Of a stretch of 64,000 nt of DNA, positions 1-15,100 are shown one piece after another. The translations under genes were made by a program, and so were the position numbers. Source of the stretch: Bugula neritina. Lineage: Eukaryota; Animalia; Bryozoa. The stretch spans positions 12,345,475 to 12,409,474 of the forward strand of contig OZ037768.1 in assembly GCA_964035545.1 (NCBI GenBank), read 5' to 3'. The notes beneath the pieces were generated by a model. The model was not told the DNA's origin, made no database searches, and was given only the letters and a program-made list of their open reading frames with translations. The stretch's first letter is position 1, and each line of letters begins with the position of its first letter.

Positions 1-196
1 TTGTCAAATGAAAGTTATAAAGGTAAAGTTTTTTTTGTAAGTTTGCCAGTTTTTAATATAGAAAATTGAGATCATGCACTATATACATGTACATGTAACT
101 GCTGGTCTATAAATTTGAGATCTCTTGCCGATTTATCCTTGATCTAAACAAATATAAGTTCATATATAAAATAATGAATGTTTTGGTTAATTGTAG

Positions 197-3100
197 AGAA
201 AGTGTAGCGAGCAGTTATGTTGACGAAGATGATAGCGACACAACATCCTGTAACGACGATGATCCAATCAGTTACAACGACTACATGACATCACGAAGGT
301 CATCTGAGTTCACTAACGGCACATACACAAGCGGAGGTCGCCAGAGTGTGGACTTTGTTGACCCTGAGATGTATGATAGTCTAGACCAAAAGTGAGTCGA
401 ATATAAAAGTTCACAGTTCTGTGTGCATTTCATTTATCTCACGCAAGCACAAGCGTGATTACTTGGCTCGCTGGTGCCTGTGGCCGCTGAACTAGTGCCA
501 ATTTAAGAGTTGGATTCTGTGGCTAGGTATAGAAAGAATGATTTGGCATGTTGACTGTAAAGTATTTATAGCCCAAGTTTATGAATAATATAATTGCATT
601 ATGTTATGTTGTTGAGTATGTGTGGAGAGTTTGAGTTGGTAGAGAGGTCACATCTGCTCTGCTACATTCAGGTGATGGGGAAATGATCCGCTCATCCTTT
701 TTATTTATGGCCTTCACAACTAATGGGATTTACTATGACTCTGAGATTAATGAATTTAATTCTTAGCTGTTGGTGAGATGAAAGAGAGTTTTCAGAACAT
801 AAATGTATGTTTCAGTAGTTTATATATTCAAGAATCTGAAAGATGTTCCTAAAAATAGTAGCAATACTTATGATTATTAGGAAGTGGGTATATAAATTTT
901 ATTTTGTAGTGGGATAGACTCGAGAAAGAAGAAAAAGTGGGCAGACCGTAGAGGTGAAGACAGCGGAAATGGGACAGACTGGAAAAGTGAAGCAGGAAGT
1001 ATATCTGGCGCTAAGTTCATACAAACCCCTCTCTGTGATAACGACGACGATGACGAAATGGAGCTTTCACAGTATGTAACACATCATCAGGGCTACCATA
1101 AATACATGTATTATATGCTTTTACACTGTTCATGTAATAAAATCCATAAGAAATAGTGCATGCTTATTTGCTTTACAAGTGGTTTTTGAAAAATACTTCG
1201 CCATTTATTGAATTTGAAATTTGAAAATAAAATCAACTTAAGATGGTTTTCTTTCCATGATTGATCACAGCATAGTGAGGGTAACGTGGGAGGAGTGGGT
1301 CAACAGAATGCTATGTAGATATGTTCCATTACACTAAATTTATACTGTTTTACAGCAAATCTAGAAGTTGTCATAGCGATAATTATGGCATTCATCACTA
1401 TGTAGATGTAATATGACTAAACACTAGAGATAACAAAATTTTTTTAAAAGGCGACTTATACCCAACTGTCAGACCAATGAAAGTAACGAACACTTTTAAG
1501 GTCTTAAATAAAAACTTAAATATAACAAATTTGTAATACATTTGTTTGTGTACACTTCTGGTATAAAATTGAATTGTTTATCTTTGTAGATCAACCTGGG
1601 ATATCTTTCAGACAATTCCTAGAGAACGGAAAAGTAACAGCGAGACGAGTTTGATGGTATTGAAGGCTATTAAGGTGCTTATGTACGGTTTCCTGTTTAT
1701 CATGGTACTGGGCACAGCTGTTATGGCCAAGTTTTCATTCATTGTGTTGACCACCAACACCGGAATCAACAAGCTCAAAGTGGACTTCGAAAAGGTACGG
1801 CTAAAATTTTCTCAGCTTTAAAATTCATTGTACAAAGATTGTGACTGGGTGTTTATAATATACATAAAAACTGTATTTTGCACTTGGGTTATAGTTGTAA
1901 ATAAATATATGGTGCTTAGAATCTGCATGCATTCAATTCTGTTGAATAATGAGCTTGTATTTTAATTTACATGTATAATTGTCTACTAGACTAGCAAATA
2001 GTGTATAAAGTGCAACTCTTGTTAAATTAGAAAATTAATTGATAGAAATTCACATTATGGCTGTCTATATATTGCATTTGCACTGTATTATTTTTTCCCG
2101 AGGCAATGTGATAACGGTATATATGTAATGCTTTGAACGCAGTGTGCAGTGTACAGTGTACAGTGTACATTGTAGATACTAGTATATTAAGTGTATCCTC
2201 AACAGCTGTGGATGTTGTTTCATATAACTTGTAGTTAGCCACCAGCTATCAGAAGCACGGACTAGCAGAAGGTGATGCAGAAGATATTGAACAGTACCAC
2301 ATGGAGATCAGAAATACAGCAGTCACTCTGCTCATGATAGCTTTGATCATCCCAGAGTTTCTTGTTTTTCTCAGCCATTTCTTTAAGTCTCTATTTGGCA
2401 GTCAGCCATGGCCGACTATGAGAATTGTGTTGATGGTATGTACCAACTCACATGGTGGGTTTAGAAATAAGGGCTTAGTCAGGACACATTATTTACTTGT
2501 GGCTGTTCTATTGCTAAATTGACCTTAGAAATAATGATTTTCCAATTAATAACTTTTGACTTGTATTTCATTATACATGGTGAACATTGAGCAATATATT
2601 ATTGTTCACAATATTTGAATATGCCATTATATTCCAATACATTTGGTAGAATTTTCTTAATTATTTCTGGGCGGATGCAAACATTCCTTATAACTGACTG
2701 TAGAGTATAGACAATAGATTTGTACCGCACACAGAGCTATGAAATCTAACATCTGAAATCTAGCATTGTCACTAACTGCAAGGTGACAGATTACATGCCA
2801 GCAGAATGCAAAAAACAGTTGAATTTGTGATTTGAATAAATAGAAATGTCTGAATTTAGCAGAATTCTCTGTAGTATGTTAGTGTACAATATGCTAGAGA
2901 CAATAAGTAATATCTGTATCATAAAAGAGTAAATTGTAGGGGCCATATTATCAGACTGTGTGAGATATTTTTTGCATGGAAATCCACTTGCGCAAAGCGA
3001 TTAATTATGATCATAAATTCGTAATCTTGAAAAGATGTGGCTGCTTATCTATCTGTATACTGTATCCTTCTTTAATATTATCTTACTCAATATTTTAATC

Positions 3101-6100
3101 TAGCATCATTCATGTTCTCCAGTGTTATGAATTATTTTAACTCGCCATAAATGCTGTCTCTTCTCTCCTTCACTCGAACGTATAATGCAAAGTTTTGTAG
3201 CATTATTTCAATCTTTGCTATTGTGTCTGACTGCGGTAGTGGGTTTTTTGGAATTTCCTCAACAAGTCAAAGAAGCAAAAATTCAAACATAAATTTATTT
3301 TTATGGCTCCGGTATACTGAAAGTGTCAAAATCTCTTAAAATATCAGGTATAATAAAGATCAACAAAATACGGCACGTTTAATGAGTTTGCATTTATACC
3401 TTTTATGGAAGTTAGTGTGAAGTGCCAGAACTCTTGTCTTGTCTACCTTTGATATATATGGTGATAATTGTTTTGCTTCATCACCTCTACACTCACCGTT
3501 GTGACTACTTTCATAATGCCAACACCCTTCTTTGTTAGCTCGCCACAAATTTAAAATAATTTTGTCATCTAAATTAAAGAATAAATAGGTTAGACATATC
3601 AGCTGTAACCAATATTCTTAGTGCATGAATTTATTTAAAAGCCATACAATAGATTACTTTGACTTGATTTATATTTAGCAAGTCAAGTGTAGATTAAGAA
3701 CATTGTGATATTTTTAGCTTTCTTCTGCAGATTAGACATATATTACTGAGAGATTAATTATCTCATATTAAACCAGACCTCTAGTTTATTAGAAAGAAGA
3801 CAAAGCAATGCTGTACTGAATACTTGTATGTCTACAGAGTCTCATCATAAGTGCGTTGGAGACATTTGGACAATGCCTACTGGTGTTCAAAGTGCTGCCG
3901 TCCATAGACATCGTGCGAGGTACAATGTTGCTGAGCTGCATAGGGTTTTTACCCGGAATCACTCGGATCATATTTGGCAAAGAAAGTCGGAAGGCAAGGT
4001 TCCCCTTACGTGAGTATGATTTTTGATTAAGCTATTTTTGTTTAGAACCAATTTGTTATTTCCACTTTCCAATTTCCACCACCTGGGAAAGGAAAAAAAG
4101 TTTACTAATTTTCTTGTCTATAATCATTGTACTAACAGCTTCCTTCCAGTTTTATTAAAAAATAATTTTACTTTATTTAACATTTTTCTGGTATTACCTC
4201 ATTTCAATACATAGTTTCTGTTAAAAATAATTACCATTTAACCATTAAACCTAATTATACCGTTTGATAGCAAGTACCTGGTAGTAAGTTCTTGGTTAAG
4301 CAAAGCAGTGAATATATAATTAAGGGCGGACGCATTATTATTACATTTAAAATTGATGTTTCTCTTCTTTTATGATCCTGTAGTACTAGTAAAAGGATAT
4401 ACATGGCATGTATAACCAGTTTGTTTGTGTTTAAAGCTGCTATTGCTAAATGTAATCAACCTCGCACTTGTATTTTGTTTAATAGCAAGGAAGATAATCC
4501 TAGTTATAGCTGTGGTTCTGCAGCTAACTGGACCTGCGGCTGTACTGATGTTTAGTTACGGGTGGCAGGTAGCAAGTCCCTCTACATCAAGCAATAATCG
4601 GTTCATGAATTTCTTTTCAAGAGAGCCAGCGCAATGGACTATGGACTCACTGAACCAGCTTGGTAACATAATATTGCTGCTGCATATACATATTCCTATG
4701 ATACTTAATATTCTGTAATCCAGGAATATTAAGGTTTTTTCAAGTATAATGGTTATTAATTGGGTAATAAAATGGCTCTTGCAACTTTACATACTTATGT
4801 AATCGCTATAAGATTCTTACTTTTTTGTTAAACTAAAGCACTGAATATTGCATGTTTATAGCTGCTTGAATCGTGTTTTAGCACTAAACTGGGAAGTCAT
4901 CTTTGCTGTCTTCTTAACTAACCTAAGCTGGTGTGAAAACTTCTTGGAGAAGAACCTTACAATCTGTGGTAAGAATTAGTGACCACCTCTATTATTAGAA
5001 ATGTACACAGCATATCCTTAGCGGGATAATAGCTACAGACATTTAATACTCTGACAATTAATCTCTCTGAAGGTGATTTATGGCTAATCTTTCTAAAATC
5101 CAAGATTAACCAGTGGCAAGTGGTGACTGCCTTATTTACAGCATTCTAATATTTATTATTACCATAGCGAAACTTGTGTCTAAGACAATGATAAACCTTG
5201 CAAGCTCTGCTAAGAGAAGACAAGTTGGTGCCAACTAACTAATCCTCTTTACACTCAACTTCTCAACATTGATCTAAAGTTTAAGTTTTGAAACTCTCAC
5301 TTATATAGACAACAAATCTTGTAGAATTGCTTTATTTTTTTTCAGGTAAAAACCTGAATGTGTGCAAGCTAAAGGCAATGCTACACACAGTTAGGCAGAA
5401 GACGTATGCGTTTCTCCCTCTCTGGAAGATCATGTTTATCTTTGTATTTGCCTTTGCACTGGTGCCAGATTTCAGACTACAGATTAAACGGCTTGACTTT
5501 AAGATGAGAACTGATCCAGCTTTAGGTAAGCGTCTCAACTGTGTGTCTTGTTTGCTCTTACACAACCAACACTCTACCTCCAATCCTGTGCAACCACCTG
5601 CCACTTACTTGTGTGTTTATAAGTTCTCCTTGCCTCATTAACTTAGAAAAATCTTTGTATTCCAAGCCTAAACATTATGTTGCTATGCAAATTTTCTGTC
5701 TCTAAATGTGCAAACATGCTCTATTATAATTAATCCTTGTATTATTATATTATTCCCTGTAGTTACAGCTGTAGATACAGAAGTAGTTACAGCTGTAGTT
5801 ACTTCTGTGTCTACAGCTGTAGTTAAAACTTTCGTTACAAGTATAGTTTGTCTGACGGTATTACTAAAGGGCTAATTGGTGTAAAATATATCACACTTTT
5901 TAACTAATACCACCTTCATGATATCAGCCTGTGTACTACGTATTCGCATTCCACAATGTAGCTGAAGAGTTGGTGTTTCTGTACGTCAATCAGCTTTACT
6001 TCACTTATTCATTTTTTGCAGATGCTGAAGCCAGTTTTAAGAATAAGACAGTGACTAGGGGAGAAAAGCTCATTAGTCAAATATCACCGTTGATAGTCAG

Positions 6101-9100
6101 TGATGTGCAGAGGTTGGGCAACCAAGGGCACAAGAATCTCACAGAGTCTATCAAGAATGAAATCAAGAAGATTTACGTAGCTAAAGATGAGGATGGCTTG
6201 GAGAGACATCCAAAGCATTTCCTTGATATTCCGTAAGCTTGATATTTAGCGCTAAGTGACAGTAATTTGGCATATCAATATGTTTCTCAACTGGCCCTCG
6301 TATTTGAAAGTGACACGAGTGACTTTGAGAATGTAAAGTGTAAACATCTAAAGCTAATCTGTTGTAGTTTACTAAGTGGTTGCGAATGAAACCGTAATTT
6401 GAAATACACATATGGTAATATTCATTGCGATTAGAAACTAGTTGTCACACATTGGTCACCTGTGAAAACTTTACTTATGGTAGACTGGTGTTAATATAAT
6501 GATATATCATCGCTCATTTTTCTAACCAATGTGCGAGAAGTTGAGTAGTTCATGCATAAGGAAATTCTTCTGTTAGCTATGTTCTGGGTGGTTTGGAGGA
6601 AGCGTTGCGTTGGGTTAATTTCACAAAAGGAAAAGCGTAGTAAACTTACTCGTATTACACTCTTAAACTGAGCAATTCCCAGCATGACTCAGGGCTTACT
6701 AGCAGTTTACTCAGTGCATAATTGTGGTAATGCGGAACAAATCAAGGCAATAATATCCATAGACCCGTACATGCTTTCAAACTGTTAGTATGTGATCCTT
6801 TTCAAGTATAAAAACTTCATATGTGAAAATATCTGGTACTAAACCTAAAGATATCCTCACAGTGATACACCAGTTATATTGCTTTGTATCTCTATCATAA
6901 TGTAATGAGTTTCTTTTAAATACTGACTACAAAATACTAGTGAAGATGCTACGTGTTATGCCGTGTAACTTATCTTTTAATCTGATGTTGTTAGAACTGA
7001 TCCTGAGGCTAATGTAGGCCAGGCTCTCAAGCAGATGTACATCAACGCTGTGGAGACTGGAGACGAGTTCCGACACTTTGCAATAGAGACTCTGAATGCA
7101 TTGCAAGATGTCAAGGAGTTTGGCAGAGACACTAAAGTGGTGCTGGAGGTAAATAAGTAGAATCATCTCTATGTGTATGTATATAGGTAATCAACCAGCA
7201 CCTCTTTTTACGATAACATATTCTCAGAAGTTAATCAACTGATGGTTAATAAGTGAGGTAGGTGCAGTAATGAAGAATTTGAGAAAATCCTGTGTTCTAG
7301 ATTAGAAATGTAGCAAAAGAGGTTATGTTCTCGCAAGAATTTCAACTTGAGCTCCAAACCAACGTTTAATAAGGAAATTAAAGAACTTAGACTATCTCAA
7401 TTTCTCCACTACTGCTCCTAAGTGTAATAAATATATGATGACCTTGCGTATAGCCATGTTTCAATAGGATAGTTGTTGTCGGCGTAATAATACTATTGTG
7501 ACATCATTTTATGTTACACAATAGCTAGCCATCATGGTGTCACCTTAACTCTTCTCATTTTGTATATGCTTTAGGATTACAAGAAGTTTATCAAATCAGC
7601 TGACAAGCCGGGGCATGTGATCTTTGAATACATCAAACAGTGGCTGGAGGAATATTGGCATTTCATCATTCTATTAGTTGCCTCAATGACCTGCTCCTAT
7701 TTTGCAAAGCTGTCATGTAAACTCTGCATGCAGTTTGCTGGTTTCTCAGTTCCTCTGCTACTTGCCACTCCCTGCACGGTGAGATGTCTTATTTAGTTTA
7801 CTGATTGTTATCACGATTTATGAATATATGTTTATATTTGCAATATTTGCTGCTTGGTATGCACTGTTTAGACACGTGCTAAGTCGCTGTGCTAATGTCT
7901 GGCAGATGGCAATTGTGGTATGCAATGTTATCAGTCTCCAACACTATTTCCATTTTTATACAATTTGTCATTTGCTGTCCACCGACAATTAACATATGAA
8001 TCTTGTTTAGTAAACTAGTGCTAACTGAAGCTAACCTAGTTTTACACATAGTCTGGTGCATAGTTTTACACAGTCTGGTACTTTGCTTTTAGATACTGCT
8101 ATTGTACCTGCAATGCACAAAGTATCTGCTCCCTGGCTACACTCAATGGATATGCATGGAAGAAAATACATCCAGTGACATTTTCTACTTTACTCTGGGA
8201 TTGGGCATTCTATGGTGGATCTCTCAGATGATTATTGTCTCCCATGTATGGAATCCTTGCAAGGAACGTTTGGCCCGCACAGACAAGTATGTCTGCTATT
8301 CAGTAAAGGAATGAATAACGTTGACCATTTGTATTATTGCATTCTGCGTTATACTATTTATAGTATTGGGATTTTTATTTCCACAGTGTTTTTAACAGAT
8401 TTTAATGTAGGTTTTGCTTTAAGATGTGATTGTTTTCTTGTAGGTTATTTGTTGTGCCGGGATTCTCCATGACCATGATAGAACAGTCTTTGCTGTACAA
8501 CAGAAGGAGGAATGACAGTGAAGTGGTAGTGACGGGTGTAGATAATCATGTTGATTATATTGGTATGTACGTCTCTGTTTATAGTCGTTTCAGAACGTGT
8601 GGGACAACTACCTCATTACTCTGTATTTACTCTGCTATAGTTTGATAATTGGTGTTTATCAACAATAATAAATTTTTGTTATCTTCTTGTAGCTCACATA
8701 TTTTTATTCATTTGCTACCAACTACTGTTGGCTACTACCAGACCACTGCTTTTACAGATCTCCTGGTGATTTCCTTCATACGGAGACCGTCTCTCTCCTG
8801 CAGCTGTTTTATATTTAGCTTGAGGATCTTGAAGCATATATTGAACTATATATTGATCTTACAGGGATGGATAGCAGTGTAGATGGCAGTTCCATGTCTC
8901 TCAATAGTAGGAGACACACAGAGGATACGTACTATGAATATAACGTACCTAGGATACACGCTGTAGCCACCATGTGGCACGAAACCCGTAATGAGATGAC
9001 TCAGTTACTCAAGTCTATCTTCAGAATGGACAGTGATCAGAGCGCCAGACGTAATGCTCAAAAGTACTTTGGCATCAGAGACCCTGACTACTACGAGTTT

Positions 9101-12100
9101 GAAGGTTTGTTTATTCGAGATCGGACTAGATTGAGTTTTAATGCTCTCAGTAAATCAAGTAGCTCTTTTTCATCAAATAAATCAAGTAGTTTTTGCATGG
9201 TTAGTACAGCACTGTGTCGCTCGCTGTTACAATACAATATATCTGCTTTTAGCCCACATCTTGTTTGACGATGCGCTGGAGTTCAATGATGAAGAAGAAC
9301 GAGTTCCCAACAGCTTTGTGGTGACGCTGTGTGAAGTTATAGACTTGGCTGCGTCATCAGTGCACGAGACGGCTGTGTCCAACCCTCCCCCGACTCGTAT
9401 TCCAACGCCCTATGGAGGGCAGCTGAAGTGGACCCTGCCTGGTGGAACCATTCTTACTGCTCATATCAAGGACAAAGACAAGATAAGACACAAGAAGCGT
9501 TGGTCGCAGGTAATTAAACATGCATACTGAAATAGATAGTCTGGTATTGCTATGTCTGTGTTGACTGCAGGTGTTTTGTGTCGGCTATTCCATGTCACAC
9601 ACTTTTGTTGTGTTGTACAACTCTGCTCTCTATCCTTTTCTTTGATGTTTTCAAACCAAAGCATTTTTATTTTTTATTTACGGGCTGCTATAGTTTATAA
9701 TTATGGACCCATTGGTTTATTTCATGGGCTCACAGCTGTTTTCTGAGTTGAATGATTTAGAGCTTCCACTTTATAAATTTCTTAGTTTGTATTATAGTCA
9801 CTTGTTTGTTAACAATATATGCCATTATATTTTGTTATTCTGTTGAGCTATTACTATCACTAATATTTAAATTCTACTATTTTTGCCAGGTGATGTACAT
9901 GTACTACTTGTTGGGATACAAAATGATATGCGAAGACGATGACTACGTGATGAGAACGCTGAGAAGTGGACCTGGTAAACACATTAGTTGGGCTAAAACT
10001 GCTACTAAAAGTCAAAAACGGAGAAAGACAACTCACTACACCAAGTCTGATGTGTTTGACGTGATGGGAGAAGATTTTCATGTCAAAGTAGGTTTATTTA
10101 AAATAAATGACTTTGATCTAGATGTTTTCGAAACAAAAATACCTCCAAGCATAGTTGATATTGGTTAGTTTTGTGGCAATAGCTGTAGCTTAATATTTTT
10201 CTGTGTGCTGTTGCTCAACATACATCTAAACAAATATTGCAATTAATCCACATAAGCTGATCTAAGCTTATTTCTACTGTTAAATCTCTTCTACTGAATA
10301 ACCAGATGCAGTAAAGGTACATATCTACTGCTATCAGTACTTACAACTGTTTAGTGATACTCTCTTCTCTCTTGCAGGCTGAAAATACGTTTCTGCTAAC
10401 TCTGGATGGAGATGTGGATTTTAAACCAGATGCTGTGAGACTTCTTATGGACAGGATGAAGAAGAACAAGAAAGTTGGCGCCGCCTGCGGTAGAATTCAT
10501 CCAATTGGATCAGGTAAAACTAATGTTTTAGACTAACAAATTTCAAGATATAATACTGGTTAAGTAAAAATAGGTATTGGTGCAAAAATGCCAAATTAAC
10601 TTAAAAACTAGTTTCTACAGTATTGTCTTTGATACAATTATAATTGTTATAGGAAAATTGCATCAGTGGGTGCTGGCAGTGCTTGGACAGTTGATTGTCA
10701 TAAAGCGTTCAGCTCATTGTGTCCATATTTCTGAATATTCTCATGGCAATATTTGCAGGGCCAATCATATGGTTCCAGATGTTTGAATACGCTTGTGGCC
10801 ATTGGCTGCAAAAGGCAGCAGAGCATGTGTTTGGTTGTGTTCTTTGTGCTCCTGGCTGCTTCTCCTTGTTCAGAGGTTCGGCCATGATGGATGACAATGT
10901 GATGAACACTTACACGTCACAGGCTTCTAAGGCGTCTGAGTTTGTTCAGTATGATCAGGGTAAGCTATGTCTAATCCAACCTAAATCTGCGGGAAGTTAT
11001 TCATACAAAGCTGTTGAATGGGATCAGCTAGAGGCTAAATATTGTGTCATCCTCTTAGACTTCATTATAAACATATTTTATTACTAATCTGACATTCATG
11101 TCTGCCTTAAAGGAAGTCATAAACCAATGCATATGCAATAATGTTGTCCTGCATTCCGAGTATAAATGTGAGAAAAAAGGCGTATATGACATCATCATTA
11201 TTTTCAATGACAATTTGGGGTCTTCTGGTTTTTTAATATAAGAATTTCACTATCTGAAACAGTTTGAAACTCGTTCTTTTCATAAACAAGTGAAGGCTCT
11301 ACTCTGCTGATATACTTCAACAGGTGAGGACAGGTGGCTGTGCACATTGCTGCTGCAACAAGGTTACAGAGTGGAGTACTGTGCTGCTTCTGACGCCTTA
11401 ACCTATGCTCCTGAACAGTTCAATGAGTTCTATAATCAGAGACGTCGCTGGGGGCCTTCCACACTGGCCAATACTATTGACCTTCTCTCTGACTCTGGAA
11501 ACACGGTTATGGTGAGTATATTCATTTCATCGAGAAAATCATTCATGCTTGCCAGAGTATTGGCTACCCTATTCCAAGTGGACTTCGATTACTTTTTATT
11601 TCAATTATTTTTCATTTTTATTTAATGGTGTGTAGGTGGTACATGTATCATGTTATTGATATCAGATAACAAGTTTAAAACCCGATGTTTCATGTTTTTC
11701 AGGTGAATGATAACATCAGTAGAATTTACCTGCTGTACCAATTCCTAGTGTTTGCATCATCTATCCTGGGTCCAGCTACTGTGTTGTTGATGACAGCTGG
11801 AGCCTATCACACAGTATTCAGAGTGAATCTCTACTGGTCCTATGCTATAGCCATTGTTCCGCCTTCTGTTTTCATTGCCGTCTGCATTTTGATGAAGTCA
11901 CATCACCAGCTGATTATAGCAGCTCTACTCAGTGCTTTCTACGCTGTCATTATGATGATAGTGCTGGTCGGAACTGCTATCAACTTTGTTTTTGAAGGAT
12001 GGACGTCCCCTAACGTCATATTTGTCATGCTGCTGATAGCCGTATTTGTAATAGCGGCCATATTGCACCCCCAAGAGTTCGAATGCATGTTGTATGGACC

Positions 12101-15100
12101 ACTCTACTTCCTGTGTATTCCGAGTGGTTATCTGCTGCTCATAATTTACTTCCTGTGTAACATGAATGATATCTCTTGGGGAACCCGTGAGGTTCACACG
12201 AAGAAGACAAAGGCACAACTCGAACAGGAAGAACTGGAGCGAATAGAAGCGGTGAGTTACACTGGAAACTATGTGCAGCTATTTTCAAACTATTTTATTG
12301 TGTTGTAATTTTATGTTTTTAATATTGTCTGGAAAACAATTTGAACAACTGTGTCTCACAGATTTCGCCTTTAAGGTGTAACTTAGTAGTTTAGTAATGA
12401 TAGAATGATAGCAATGACCAAGAAACTAAGGGTGACTTCAACTTGTTTCAAAAACTGAATCATACTTCATATATATCACAACCTTTTCTTAGATAATAAT
12501 TGTTTCCACTTTTTTTATTCAATGCTAAAGTGATAAGCACTGATGTATTTAACTTTAAACTCTGTAATTATCTTAACTTTGATTTGGTTTTAGGAAAAGA
12601 AAAAGAAAGAGAATCGTTTAGTCAACAGACTCGGGATCTCCAAGATGTGCGAAGATCTGAAGGAGTTATTCTCTACTATGACTGGCTTTAGAAGTCAAGT
12701 TAATGAGACGGAGAATCAGCAGACAAAGCTTTTGCTGAAAATGTGTTCCGCTCTCGAATCTCTCCCAGACAGGATCAATGGCAAGACTCCCGCGCCGGCA
12801 CCAATGGTGCTCAAGTAAGAGACAGTAATAAGCACTAAACGGTGGAGCAAGATTTATGTTATGTCACACTTCTTAAACTTCTTTGAAAATCTACTTGAGT
12901 TTGTGTCGCATGTCAATGCACTTTGTCGCTTGCAGTGTCATAGAATACCGTTTAATTGTAACTATTTATACCTGGAGGTACTGACTAGAACGACTTTAAT
13001 TTTGTATGATGTATTGTCAGCAGACTTTTTGATGAGATATATTATTTTCAGGTCTAGTGAGGCTAAAGTTGTGAAAGAACCAGAACTTATCCCAGAGTCA
13101 GAAATTCAAGAGGTGATTCATCACCACCATGATGAGGAAGAACCACAAGTTAGTTCATAGCGTTTGTTCTTTTTGACATCTTTTTATTTACAGGGTGGCA
13201 TTTTTAAAAGCAACTTTTCATTTTCTGACTAACAAAATTTAGGATTCAAGTTTTGACTTGTGAGGTAATTTATTTATCTCCAATGCCAGTAACAATAAAA
13301 ATAGGCTTAGTCTGCTGTAATGAATTATTTTCACATTATTCGCTTTCATTTTTCGTTGTTTTAATTTATGGCTCTGTTCAACTACCACGATGATAATTAT
13401 AAATTTGACATTAATTGAAGGGCTTGTCAGTTTTGAATTATGGTAAGCTTCATATTCAAGAGTTGGAGAATTTTTGCCTTATGGTAATAGACAAAAAGTG
13501 TCAACAATATTGGATTTCAGGAAGGAGTTATTTTTATCATCCAATATAAATGCCTTTGATATGTGACCAAGTTTTGCACCAACTCATGTAGATATTATAA
13601 CATTTATGTTGCTGCTGAATTTATGTTGGGTTAAACTTAATTTTTCTAGAAGCCGAAAAGACCTCCAAGAGATGACCTAAGAAACCCGGCGTGGTTGGAA
13701 GACGAGAGACTGGGTGATGGACAGATCATGTATATCAACAAGAAGGAAGCTGTGTTCTGGAGACAGCTGATTTCTAAGTATCTCTACCCTATCACCATGG
13801 ACAAGGACCAGAAGGGCAGACTTTCTGAAGAACTGAAATCACTCAGAAATAATGTAAGTACGCCTGTCATCACACACAAGTATAAGGGATTTATGATATA
13901 CGAATCCTAATATTAGCTGTAGCTATTTAACTTCTGTATGACTTAAAACATTAAAGTTCATCAGGTTTCAGATCACTTAACTTGTAGTGTGTTCATTATA
14001 TTGTTAGTGCTTAATGTTTATAAGTCATAAAACATAAGTTTGACATTGCATGCTGCATTTATATCATCCAAAGCACTTTAATTCATTTGATCGGAGTTAA
14101 CTTGTATACATGTATAATTAATATAAATCTTGACATTTTAGGTTGTGTTTGGTTTCTTTATGCTCAACTTTCTTTGGATTGTCATTGTGTTCCAATTCCA
14201 CCTCCTTCAGACTAGTCTCAATCAGGATTTATTCAATAAGAATGGTTAGTGAAGTCACCATGAATTAATTATTTCTATGACAAAATATTATTTATATTCA
14301 TCATCCAAGATGCCATTAAAGTGACCAGAGCACCTGACATTGTTTGTCATCATTGCAGGCGGACAGCAACTGAGAAACTGCACCAGGATGTCTGAGAATG
14401 GACTCTTCATACCAATTCCTAGAGTGGATGGTACTTGTGTTGGAATTGGTATGCAGCTTGTTAACTATTATATTGATTAGAATTCCAACCCTTGATTTTA
14501 ATGGACATTCTTGTATAACTCATGAAACATTTAATAGCTTGTCTTTATTATTTTTATATTGTGAGATATTAATTCTTTGATTTATAGTTGTTTTTGTCTA
14601 GATTATTTTTAACTGTAAACTGGCAAAGATGACTTTTTAATAGACTAAACATATAAGCTTACACTTGTTTGTTTGGGACGTTGCATGCTACCTTTCATAC
14701 AGTGGACATGCATTCCTACTAAGGCTAGCTATGCAATGTAGCATGTATTTTTATTACACATATTTATGTATTTTTGTAGAGCCCCTTTCATTTATATTTC
14801 TCCTACTCTTCACCGTCATTCTACTCACTCAATTCATTGGAATGATAGTACATAGATGGGGGACATTCCTTCATCTCATTGCTATTACTCAGGTAGACAT
14901 TTATACACATTCATGTGCCTTCAAAGTTTCTGCTTGTAAATTTGCTTTGTACAAACTACTTCTAGCTGGTAGATCTATACTAGTATGTATCTGGTAATGA
15001 TTTGCAAGTGCAATTGTATAGCCAAGCTACAATAACGCCATGAGCTATATTTGTCTCTCCTCTTGATAAATTGTTCTAATATTCTATTAATGTCATTCTG

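Noticed and set aside
2935-3600. Possible transposon remnants in CHS introns (also ~6250-6665)
   Set aside because: No termini, TSD, second copy or coding similarity that I could verify.
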